In this document: positions 55,288 to 64,000 of the stretch, one piece after another
Position numbering within the stretch: the stretch's first letter is position 1
How the letters are laid out: each line of letters starts with the position of its first letter
Source of the DNA: Kofleriaceae bacterium
Lineage (GTDB): Bacteria; Myxococcota_A; Polyangia; Haliangiales; Haliangiaceae
Direction: 5' to 3'
Assembly (NCBI GenBank): GCA_964203225.1
Contig: CAXNMK010000002.1
Location: 545,664-609,663 of the forward strand
Length of the DNA: 64,000 bases
The notes under the pieces: model-generated
Told to the model about the DNA's origin: nothing
Database searches by the model: none
The model's input: the letters and a program-made list of their open reading frames with translations, nothing else
Position numbers and translations under genes: made by a program

Positions 55288-56307
55288 ATGATCCTACACA
55301 AGTCGGTCCCCCCATCCCCCGATTGGTCAGCGGAGGTCCTGGCGCGGTGCGCCACCCGGTCCCCGTCGCGCCAGGCGGGCGCGCTGTCGTTCGCGCATGT
55401 CCGCGAGCTGACGCGGGTCGCCACGCCGCGGACCGAGCAGGCCTACCTCGCGGCCGCCGCTGCCAAGACGTCACGCCAGGTGCAGCAGCTGTGCTCGGGC
55501 AAGCAGGCCGGCGATGCGCCCGACGCGCCGCCGGATCCAGCGCTGGTCAAGCACCTCGTCGTCCTCGAGCTGGGCGGCGAGGCGTTCGCGATGTGGCGGC
55601 GGGCGCACCAGGTGCTCGAGGACGAGGTGGGCGAGCGGCTGTCCATGGATGAGCTCGTGATGCAGCTGTGCGCGCAGGCGGTCGCGCCGGCGGTGGCCGC
55701 CGAGGTGCACCCCGCGGTGGCCGCCGAGGTGAGGACCCATGGCGCACCGGCGCCTGAGGTGGATTCGGACCGGTCCCGCGGGACCGCCATCGCGATGCCG
55801 ACCGGGGCCATCGCGATGCCGACCGGGGCCATCGCGATGCCGACCGGGGCCGCCGCCGAGGTCGATGCGGACCGGTCCCGCGGGACCGGCGAGGCGATCC
55901 GGAACGCCGGCCCGGCGCCCACGGCAGCGCCCGGCGTGCGCACGCGCGTGCGCGGCCCCCGGGTCGCGCCACCGCCGACGCTGCACGCGGTGACCACCTG
56001 CCGGACGTACCAGCGCGCCACCGCCAGCGCCGTCGGCAGCGCCGAGCCCCTCACGCCCGCGCAGCGCGACCGCGCGCTGTGCGACGCGATCCACGTCGGC
56101 GACCTCGAGACCAGCGACCGCACGCGGCCGACGCTCACCGTGCCCAACGCGATCCGGCGCAAGGTCGCCATCGCCTGCCACCACGCGTGCGTGGTCCCGG
56201 GCTGCCGCAGCCGGCGCTTCCTGACCATCCACCACCTGCGCTACCAGGCCCACGGCGGGGGCCACACCGTCGAGAACTGCATCCAGCTGTGTCATCGCCC
56301 ACCATGA
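55288..56307 (+). CDS. DUF222-like N-terminal domain plus C-terminal HNH endonuclease motif (REP13E12-like family)
   Basis: N-terminal LSFAHVRELTRVATPRTEQAYLAAAAAKTSRQVQQL resembles DUF222. C-terminal CVVPGCRSRRFLTIHHLRYQAHGGGHTVENCIQLCHRP is an HNH motif. Internal 21-nt x3 repeat (AIAMPTG) flanked by two copies of a palindromic 24-mer. Confidence 0.7.
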   Translation: MILHKSVPPSPDWSAEVLARCATRSPSRQAGALSFAHVRELTRVATPRTEQAYLAAAAAKTSRQVQQLCSGKQAGDAPDAPPDPALVKHLVVLELGGEAFAMWRRAHQVLEDEVGERLSMDELVMQLCAQAVAPAVAAEVHPAVAAEVRTHGAPAPEVDSDRSRGTAIAMPTGAIAMPTGAIAMPTGAAAEVDADRSRGTGEAIRNAGPAPTAAPGVRTRVRGPRVAPPPTLHAVTTCRTYQRATASAVGSAEPLTPAQRDRALCDAIHVGDLETSDRTRPTLTVPNAIRRKVAIACHHACVVPGCRSRRFLTIHHLRYQAHGGGHTVENCIQLCHRPP

Positions 56308-56910
56308 TCGCGTCCATCAGGGGCAGCTGCGCATCGAGGGCACCGCGCCTCATGCCCTCGAGGTCGCGTGGCGGCACCCGGCGTCGAACGAGGAGCTGGA
56401 GGCCGGTGCCGGACCCTGGGTGTGGCGCCGCGTGCCCCCGGAGCCGGTCCGCCCGGGGCGCGGGGCGTGACACCGCACGCGCGGTGGACCGCCGCTGCGT
56501 CGCGCGAGGCGTCCGCACGTGCGCGGCGCGCTCACCGGCCGGGCCCCGCCGAGGCCCCCTCCCCGAGCGCGTCGAGCCGTGATGCGCCGGGCGCCACCGG
56601 ATCGCGCGGGCGGTGCCCGTCGTCCGGAGCTTCTGCGAGCGCCCCGCGGTCCACGTCGGGAGGCCCCAGCGCGAGCGCGGCGCCCGCGCGCCACGCGTGG
56701 TGCACGGTCTGGCCACGCGGTGTTCCCGAGATGTGATCGATGATGAGGTTCCCACCCCGGGTTCGAGACTGGTTCACAGGCTCTCAGGAATCTGAGACCC
56801 ACCGGCGCCGAGAGCACAGGATCCGTGATGTGCACGAAGTCATACGCGCGTGGGATCAGCCACTTGGCGCTGGCACGGAGGCTGCTATCCCTGGGGCCGT
56901 GACCCGTTGG

Positions 56911-57903
56911 ATGATCGCCCTCGTGCTCGCCATGGCCTCGGCCACGGCGGTCGCGCAGCCGGGGCCGGGCCCGGCGCCGGTCGCCACGGGGCGGGCCCAG
57001 GACACCGAGCGCACGCTCGAGGCCGAGGTCCGGCGCCTGACCACGCACTGGACGCAGCTGACCTCGAGCTATCGCCGGCAGCTCGAGGCGATCGACCGGC
57101 TCAAGAAGCAGCGGTCCTCCTGGCGCCAGCAGCGCGCGCTCAAGGACCAGCTCGCCTCCGCCAACGACACCGCGAAGCAGCTCGCCAGCGCGAGCGCCGA
57201 GCTGACCTTGGCGAACACCCGGCTCGCCACCGCGCGCCGGACGCTCCTCGCCGCGATCGACGCCGAGATGGCCGCCGGCGCGACCGGTCCCCGCGCGGCC
57301 GAGCTGACCCGCGTGCGCGCGCGGCTCGCGCCGGCCGTGACCAAGGCGCGGGTCGCCCGGATCGTGCTGCCCGAGCTCGAGGTCGATCCGCTCGCGGACC
57401 CCGAGGAGCTCGAGGAGCAAGGCCGAGCGCTCGCCGACAGCGAGGCCCAGCTGCGCAGCCAGATCGCGGACCTCGAGCGCCAGACCACCCAGCTCGAGCA
57501 GGTGGCCCGGCTGCGGTCGCAGCACGAGCGCGCCGGGGACCTCGCCCGCCGCGACGATGATCAGCCCCAGCGCTCGGCGAGCCAGGGCACGCGCACGTTG
57601 GGTAGCGGGACCGCCGCCGAAGGCGCCAGCGCGCCCGAGGTCGGCGCGCCGCCGTCCGATGGCGGTGACGGCACCGGGCTCGGCACCGGGGTGGGTGGTG
57701 GTAGGTTCGAGGCCGAGGCGACCATCGTGCTCGCCGAGGTCGTCGACGCCACCACCATCGAGTCGCTGACGCGCGCGCAGCGCTCCGGGGATCCGGCGCA
57801 GCGCGCGGCCGCCGCCCGGCGCGCGCGCGACGCGGTCGCCGCCCGGCTGGCGCAGTTGCAGAAGAAGCGCGCCGAGATCCAGCGCCTGCTTCACCCGAGG
57901 TAG
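56911..57903 (+). CDS. secreted coiled-coil protein, hypothetical
   Basis: Signal peptide MIALVLAMASATAVAQPGPGP. Long heptad-like Ala/Leu/Gln/Arg-rich helices (QLEAIDRLKKQRSSWRQQRALKDQLASAND...). Start uncertain. Confidence 0.5.
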   Translation: MIALVLAMASATAVAQPGPGPAPVATGRAQDTERTLEAEVRRLTTHWTQLTSSYRRQLEAIDRLKKQRSSWRQQRALKDQLASANDTAKQLASASAELTLANTRLATARRTLLAAIDAEMAAGATGPRAAELTRVRARLAPAVTKARVARIVLPELEVDPLADPEELEEQGRALADSEAQLRSQIADLERQTTQLEQVARLRSQHERAGDLARRDDDQPQRSASQGTRTLGSGTAAEGASAPEVGAPPSDGGDGTGLGTGVGGGRFEAEATIVLAEVVDATTIESLTRAQRSGDPAQRAAAARRARDAVAARLAQLQKKRAEIQRLLHPR

Positions 57904-58380
57904 CGCGGGTGGGTCGTCGCCCCGCAGCTGGCGTCGCGATCACGCTGACGAGCGCGTCGCGAGGGTTCTCGTAGAACACGACGAGCTCGTGGTCGTCGCT
58001 GAGCTCCTTCCGGCCGGAGATCGAGAGGACGAATTACAGGAAAGTGTGCGGCGTCATCGGCCTCGGCGGCAGGTACTCGCGCAGCACGGATGAGGTCGTC
58101 GAGGACGCGCTCCATGGTCGCCAGCGCTGCCGCCTGTTCTCCAGGTTCGTCCCAGGTAAGGGCCCGCGAATGGACATCTCGATCGCCTTCGCGGTCGATC
58201 CATCCCCGGGGGCGTCGTTGCTCCTCGGTCGCGTACCGGCGGGTACGCTCCCTCGTCGCGCCTCGCCCGCGGGGCGGTTCGCCCACGATCATCGATCGAT
58301 TTACCCGTTCGCGGCCCCTCAAGTCGCCGCTGAAGCACAATGGCGCCGCGAGGCATCGGGTCTCGCAGTACGATGGCGCA

Positions 58381-61300
58381 ATGGTACGTGGAGCCCACCT
58401 GGCGGTGATCGGGTTGTTCGTGGCCGGTCTTTTCGGCGCTTGCGTCTCGCCGACGTCGAACCACTGTCCCACGGTGGATTGTCCGGCGAACGAAGTCTGC
58501 GACGGCCACGGTGGCTGCGCGCAGCAAGCGCAGCTCGACGTCTGCAAGGACAAACCGGACGGGACCTCGTGCAGCTACGACCGCACACCGGATGGCTCGT
58601 GCGCCGGGGGGCTATGCCGTCCGGTCGGCTGCGGCAACGACGCCGTCACCGCCAACGAGGTGTGCGACGACGGCAACACCGCCAACGGCGACGGCTGCTC
58701 GGCGGACTGCAAGTCCAACGAGACCTGCGGCAACGGTGTGGTCGACCCGGCGCGCGGCGAGCAGTGCGACGACGCCAATGCGGTCGACGGCGACATGTGC
58801 CAGCACGACTGCAAGCTCCCGCGGTGCGGCGACAGCGTGACGGATGCGAACCTCGCGGAGACCTGCGACGAGGGTGCTGCGAACTCGACGGCGCCGGATG
58901 CGGCGTGCCGGCCGAACTGCCAGCGCGTGCGGTGTGGTGATGGGGTGGTCGACGTGCTCGCGCTCGAGGCGTGCGACGACGGCAACAATCAGAGCGCCGA
59001 CGGTTGCTCGGGCGACTGCAAGTCGACCGAGACCTGCGGCAACACCATCGTCGACGCGATCGCGGGCGAGGTGTGCGACGACGGCAACATGGCATCGGGT
59101 GATGGCTGCGCGGGTGACTGCCGGTCGGTCGAGGTGTGCGGCAACGGTGTCATCGACATCCTGCGCGGCGAGGTGTGCGACGACGCCAACACGGTCTCCG
59201 GCGACGGCTGCTCGTCGGATTGCAAGTCACTCGAGGTGTGCGGCAACACCATCGTCGACACGATCGACGAGCAATGCGACCTCGGCGTGGCCAATTCGAA
59301 CGCACCCGACTCGGCGTGCCGGATCGACTGCAAGCTGCCGATCTGCGGCGATGCGATCATCGACGCATCGAACCGGGGCGAACAATGCGACGACGGGTTC
59401 ATGAACGCGGACGTCGCCGATGCGTGCCGCACGAGCTGCCAGCTGCCGCGCTGCGGCGACGCGATCAGGGACATGCTCGAGATCTGCGACGACGGCGATG
59501 CCACCTCGGGCGACGGCTGCGCGTCGGACTGTCAGTCGCTCGAGACCTGCGGTAACGCCATCATCGACACCGCTGCCGGCGAGCAATGCGACGCGGGGGG
59601 GGCGAATTCGAACAGCCCGAACGCGCCGTGCCGGGTCGACTGCAAGCTGCCGAAGTGTGGTGACACCGTGATCGATAGCGCCAACGGCGAGAGCTGCGAT
59701 CTCGGCACGGCGAACTCGAGCGCACCCAACGCGTTGTGCCGGACCAACTGTCAGCCACAGCGCTGCGGCGACGCGATCCGCGACACCGCGTTGGCGGAGG
59801 TCTGCGACGATGGCAACACGACGGCCACCGATGGCTGCGCGTCGGACTGCCGCTCGCTCGAGACCTGTGGCAACAGCATCGTCGACACGAGCACGGGCGA
59901 GCAGTGCGACGCCGGCGCCGGCAACGCGAACACGCCGAACGCGCCGTGCCGCCTGACCTGCACGTCACCGACCTGTGGTGACAACATCATCGACAACACG
60001 CTGCTCGGCGAGGGTTGCGATCTCGGCCTGGCAAACTCGAACGCACCGGGCGCCGCGTGCCGGACGAGCTGCCAGCCGCGACGCTGCGGCGACAGCATCC
60101 TCGACGCCGCGACGGGCGAGTCGTGCGACGACGGCAACACGGTCGCGGGTGATGGCTGTTCGGCGGACTGCGAATCGCTCGAGACGTGTGGCAACGGCGT
60201 GGTCGACCTCGTGAACGACGAGCAGTGCGATGCGGGTGGCGCCAACGCGAACACGCCGAACACGCCGTGCCGCACGACCTGCAAGTCACCGGCGTGCGGC
60301 GACAGCATCGTCGACAATACGTTGCTCGGCGAGGGCTGTGACCTTGGCCTGGCGAACTCGAACGCGCCGAACGCAGCCTGCCGGACGAGCTGCCAGCCGC
60401 AACGCTGTGGCGACAACATCCGTGACACCACGTTGGGTGAGTCGTGCGACGACGGCAACACGGTCGCGGGCGACGGCTGCTCGGCGGACTGCAATTCGCT
60501 CGAGATCTGCGGCAACAGCATCGTCGATGTCGTCGACGGCGAGCAGTGCGACGCGGGCGGCGCGAACTCGAACAGCCCGAACGCGCCGTGCCGGCTGACC
60601 TGCCAGCTGCCGAAGTGTGGCGATGTCATCATCGACACCGCGAATGGCGAGACCTGCGATCTCGGGACCGCCAACTCGAGCGCACCGAACGCGACGTGCC
60701 GGACCAACTGCCAGCCTCGGCGGTGTGGCGACACGATCCTCGACAACGCCACCGGGGAAGTCTGCGACGACGGCAACACGGCGGCGAACGACGGCTGCTC
60801 GTCCAGCTGTGGCTCGCTCGAGACGTGTGGCAATAGCATCGTCGACACGAGCACGGGCGAACAATGCGACGCCGGTGCCAGCAACGCGAACACGCCGAAC
60901 GCCCCGTGCCGGCTGACCTGCGCGTCACCGAGGTGTGGCGACAGCATCGTCGACAACACGCTGCTCGGCGAGGGCTGCGACCTCGGCGGGGCGAACTCGA
61001 ACGCGCCGAACGCGACCTGCCGGACGGGCTGTCAGCCGCGACGGTGCGGCGACAATATCCTCGATACCGCGACGGAGTCGTGCGACGACGGCAACACGAT
61101 CGCGGGCGACGGCTGTTCGGCGAACTGTGCGTCGCTCGAGACCTGCGGCAACGGGATCGTCGACCTCGTCGATGGCGAGCAGTGTGACGCGGGTGCTGCC
61201 AACTCGAACGCTCCGAATGCCCCGTGCCGCCTGACGTGCAAGCTGCCGAAGTGCGGAGACACCGTCGCCGACCCGGCGCTCGGCGAGGCCTGCGACCTTG

Positions 61301-64000
61301 GCGTCGCGAACTCCAACCTGCCCAACGCGACGTGCCGAACGAGCTGCCAGCTACAGCGCTGCGGCGACAACATCTTCGACAATACGCTGGGCGAGATCTG
61401 CGACGACGGCAACGCGGTCGCCGGCGACGGCTGCTCGCCCGACTGCAAGTCGACCGAGGTATGCGGCAACAGCATCGTCGACGTCGTCGATGGCGAACAG
61501 TGCGATGCGGGTGCCGCGAACTCGAACAGCCCGGACGCGCCGTGCCGGCCGACCTGCCAGCTGCCGAGGTGCGGCGATGTCATCGTCGACACCGCCAACG
61601 GCGAGAGCTGCGATCTCGGAGGCGCCAACTCGAGCGCGCCCAACGCGACCTGCCGGACCAACTGTCAGCCGCAACGGTGTGGCGACACGATCCTCGATAA
61701 CACCAAGGGCGAGGTCTGCGACGATGGCAACACGGCGGCGAACGATGGCTGCTCGTCCAGCTGTGGCTCGCTCGAGACGTGCGGCAACAGCATCGTCGAT
61801 ACCAGCAAGGGCGAGCAGTGCGATGCCGGTGCGGCCAACTCGAACAGCCCGAACGCGCCGTGCCGGCCGACCTGCAAGCTGCCGGTCTGCGGCGATGTCA
61901 TTGTCGACACCGCGTTTGGCGAGGCGTGCGACCTCGGCGTGGCGAACTCGAACGCGCCCAATGCGACGTGCCGGACGATCTGCCAGCTACAGCGATGTGG
62001 CGACTTCATCCTCGACAATACGAAGGGCGAGATCTGCGACGACGGCAACACGATCGCGAACGATGGCTGCTCGTCGAACTGTGGCTCGCTCGAGACCTGC
62101 GGCAACGGGATCGTCGACGTCACCAAGGGAGAACAGTGCGACGCCGGTGGGCTCAACTCGAACAACCCGAACGCACCGTGCCGGTTGACGTGCAAGCTGC
62201 CGACCTGCGGTGACGGCGTCGCCGATACCGCGTTCGGTGAGGGTTGCGACCTCGCCACCGCGAACTCGAACGGCCCGAATGCCGTGTGCCGCACGAACTG
62301 TCAGCCGCAGCGCTGCGGAGACCTCGTGCTCGACAATACCAAGGGCGAGGTGTGCGACGACGGCAACGTGACGAGTGGCGACAGCTGCTCGGCGGACTGC
62401 AAGTCGACCGAGTTCTGCGGCAACGCGATCATCGATGTCGTCGATGGTGAACAGTGCGACGACGGCAACGCGAGCAATGCCGACACCTGCCACACCGATT
62501 GCAAGATCCCGCGGTGCGGCGATCTGATCGTCGACACGACCTTCAACGAGCAGTGCGATCTTGGCGTCGCGAACTCGAACGCGCCGAACTCGGCCTGCCG
62601 CACGACCTGCGTCCAGCCGCGGTGCGGCGACGCGATCGTCGATACCGCGACCGAGGTCTGCGACGATGGCAACAGCGCCCTCGGGGATGGCTGTCGACCC
62701 GACTGTCGATCGACCGAGGTGTGCGGCAATGGCATCCTCGATCCGCAGACCGGCGAGGTCTGCGACGACGGCAACACGCGCGGTCACGACGGCTGCAGCG
62801 GGTGCGTGCCGGAGTCCGCGGTGGTCCTCGAAGCGAACGGCGCACCGAGCGCCCGCGACATGATGGGGCTCGCGTACGACGCCGCTCGCCAGCGGGTCGT
62901 GATGTTCGGCGGCTGGACGCCGGCGGGGAATCTGAACGACACCTGGGAGTGGGATGGCGTCAGCTGGATCCAGATGACGCCCAAGCACGCGCCCAAGGGT
63001 CGGCTCGGCGTGGCGATGGCGTACGACGCGGCTCGCCATCGCATCGTGCTGTTCGGTGGGTTCACCACCAACTTCGGCGTCATCCAGTCCGATACCTGGG
63101 AGTACGACGGCGTCGATTGGAAGCAGTTCGCGCCGCCGACGTCGCCACCGGGTCGTGCCGAGGCTGCGGCGGCGTACGACGCCAGTCGCCGCAAGGTGAT
63201 CATGTACGGCGGCTACGATGGCAGCACCACCTCCAGGAGCGATACCTGGGAGTGGACCGGCACCACCTGGAACCAGATCACCGGGAGCAACGCCGGCGCG
63301 CGACGCGGTCACTCGATGGCGTACGACGCCAAGTCCAAGACGATCGTGCTGTTCGGCGGCGGCGATAACCGAACCTGGACGTGGAACGGCACGACGTGGA
63401 CGGATCGCGGGGCTCCTGGTGCCGACGGTCCGATCAACAACGGCACCGATCAGACATCGATGGTGTTCGACGCCGATCAGCAGGTCATCGTGCTGTGGGA
63501 TGGCACCTCGAGCAAGACGTTCCACTGGTCGGGCAGCGCCTGGACCACCGTGGCCGGCACGACTCCGACGACGCCGCGCACGCGAATCACGATGGTGTAC
63601 GACTCGATCCGCAAGCAGGTCGTGATGTTCGGCGGTTGCTCGGGGCTGCTGACGACCACGTGCGCGTCCAGTTTCGGTACGGACTTCGCCGACACCTGGT
63701 TGCGCACCGGCACGACGTGGGCGTTGGCTCCGGTGTTCGTCCAGCCCGCCGCTCGGATCCGCGCGGCGGCCACCTACGATCCGTTGCGCAAGAAGGTCGT
63801 GCTGTTCGGCGGTCAGCTCACCGCCTCTCGACGAGCCTGTGGCGTGACCTGCATGCTGAACGAGACCTGGGAGTGGGATGGTCGCAAGTGGACGCTCACC
63901 ACGCCGACGACGCCACCCTCGGCGCGCGCGGGTCACCTGATGGACTACGACACCAGCGCGCGTGCGATCCGGCTGTTCGGCGGCGACTTCCGCAGCAGCG
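58381..64000 (+). CDS. giant secreted (possibly lipo-)protein: N-terminal signal peptide, ~35 tandem Myxococcus-type cysteine-rich repeats, then Kelch-like beta-propeller blades; partial, continues beyond the window
   Basis: [21 protein letters not shown] signal. Repeats 58600-62790 alternate two ~40-aa unit types: C-G-N-x-I/V-V-D-x(3)-G-E-x-C-D-D-G-N-x(4)-D-G-C-S-x-D-C and C-D-x-G-x-A-N-S-N-x-P-N-A-x-C-R-x-x-C-x-x-P-x-C-G-D, period ~240 nt. From ~62800 six or more blades with DTWEWDG..W / FGG motifs (galactose-oxidase/Kelch type). Confidence 0.8.
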   Translation, partial: MVRGAHLAVIGLFVAGLFGACVSPTSNHCPTVDCPANEVCDGHGGCAQQAQLDVCKDKPDGTSCSYDRTPDGSCAGGLCRPVGCGNDAVTANEVCDDGNTANGDGCSADCKSNETCGNGVVDPARGEQCDDANAVDGDMCQHDCKLPRCGDSVTDANLAETCDEGAANSTAPDAACRPNCQRVRCGDGVVDVLALEACDDGNNQSADGCSGDCKSTETCGNTIVDAIAGEVCDDGNMASGDGCAGDCRSVEVCGNGVIDILRGEVCDDANTVSGDGCSSDCKSLEVCGNTIVDTIDEQCDLGVANSNAPDSACRIDCKLPICGDAIIDASNRGEQCDDGFMNADVADACRTSCQLPRCGDAIRDMLEICDDGDATSGDGCASDCQSLETCGNAIIDTAAGEQCDAGGANSNSPNAPCRVDCKLPKCGDTVIDSANGESCDLGTANSSAPNALCRTNCQPQRCGDAIRDTALAEVCDDGNTTATDGCASDCRSLETCGNSIVDTSTGEQCDAGAGNANTPNAPCRLTCTSPTCGDNIIDNTLLGEGCDLGLANSNAPGAACRTSCQPRRCGDSILDAATGESCDDGNTVAGDGCSADCESLETCGNGVVDLVNDEQCDAGGANANTPNTPCRTTCKSPACGDSIVDNTLLGEGCDLGLANSNAPNAACRTSCQPQRCGDNIRDTTLGESCDDGNTVAGDGCSADCNSLEICGNSIVDVVDGEQCDAGGANSNSPNAPCRLTCQLPKCGDVIIDTANGETCDLGTANSSAPNATCRTNCQPRRCGDTILDNATGEVCDDGNTAANDGCSSSCGSLETCGNSIVDTSTGEQCDAGASNANTPNAPCRLTCASPRCGDSIVDNTLLGEGCDLGGANSNAPNATCRTGCQPRRCGDNILDTATESCDDGNTIAGDGCSANCASLETCGNGIVDLVDGEQCDAGAANSNAPNAPCRLTCKLPKCGDTVADPALGEACDLGVANSNLPNATCRTSCQLQRCGDNIFDNTLGEICDDGNAVAGDGCSPDCKSTEVCGNSIVDVVDGEQCDAGAANSNSPDAPCRPTCQLPRCGDVIVDTANGESCDLGGANSSAPNATCRTNCQPQRCGDTILDNTKGEVCDDGNTAANDGCSSSCGSLETCGNSIVDTSKGEQCDAGAANSNSPNAPCRPTCKLPVCGDVIVDTAFGEACDLGVANSNAPNATCRTICQLQRCGDFILDNTKGEICDDGNTIANDGCSSNCGSLETCGNGIVDVTKGEQCDAGGLNSNNPNAPCRLTCKLPTCGDGVADTAFGEGCDLATANSNGPNAVCRTNCQPQRCGDLVLDNTKGEVCDDGNVTSGDSCSADCKSTEFCGNAIIDVVDGEQCDDGNASNADTCHTDCKIPRCGDLIVDTTFNEQCDLGVANSNAPNSACRTTCVQPRCGDAIVDTATEVCDDGNSALGDGCRPDCRSTEVCGNGILDPQTGEVCDDGNTRGHDGCSGCVPESAVVLEANGAPSARDMMGLAYDAARQRVVMFGGWTPAGNLNDTWEWDGVSWIQMTPKHAPKGRLGVAMAYDAARHRIVLFGGFTTNFGVIQSDTWEYDGVDWKQFAPPTSPPGRAEAAAAYDASRRKVIMYGGYDGSTTSRSDTWEWTGTTWNQITGSNAGARRGHSMAYDAKSKTIVLFGGGDNRTWTWNGTTWTDRGAPGADGPINNGTDQTSMVFDADQQVIVLWDGTSSKTFHWSGSAWTTVAGTTPTTPRTRITMVYDSIRKQVVMFGGCSGLLTTTCASSFGTDFADTWLRTGTTWALAPVFVQPAARIRAAATYDPLRKKVVLFGGQLTASRRACGVTCMLNETWEWDGRKWTLTTPTTPPSARAGHLMDYDTSARAIRLFGGDFRSS

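Noticed and set aside
57900-58060. RelE/ParE-like toxin fragment (…LSDDHELVVFYENPRDALVSVIATP) and a possible antitoxin-like peptide (MERVLDDLIRAARVPAAEADDAAHFPVIRPLDLRPEGAQ) in the 57.9-58.05 kb region
   Set aside because: No start codon or RBS for the toxin-like frame. Similarity is short and the frames are interrupted. At best a degenerate relic; not reported as a feature.

Overview
Work was done by eye from the sequence and the supplied ORF track; coordinates are approximate at starts. The window is a very high-GC (about 70%+) chromosomal segment that looks myxobacterial (Myxococcota). Evidence: MYXO-CTERM sorting tails, Myxococcus-type cysteine-rich repeats, four Ser/Thr kinases plus an FHA partner, TGATG/ATGA/GTGA translationally coupled gene junctions, and abundant spurious antisense ORFs from GC bias. 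Housekeeping genes: rplM-rpsI, nadK-recN, ileS-lspA, dCMP deaminase, comEC, pabB (frame-disrupted), mgtE and a CaCA antiporter. Signalling genes: an STK-AAA-TPR giant, two membrane STKs with repetitive tails, an FHA-STK pair, and a sensor kinase with an NtrC regulator and DoxX. Secreted and surface proteins: three tandem metzincin-like MYXO-CTERM paralogs, several lipoproteins, and a >5.6 kb gene with roughly 35 Cys-rich repeats followed by Kelch-like blades that runs off the window. Main oddities: the triplicated metzincin-like cluster carries a QExxHxxGxxH motif instead of HExxHxxGxxH and sits upstream of DUF455 and ATP-grasp genes. A rhodanese gene has an in-frame TGA at the conserved active-site Arg position, and its 3' end plus hairpin is tandemly duplicated four times. 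Short tandem-repeat arrays sit in several intergenic regions and inside two kinase genes. Both pabB and one STK appear frame-disrupted. A 60-aa Sir2 N-terminal remnant is present. No rRNA, tRNA or CRISPR array could be supported.
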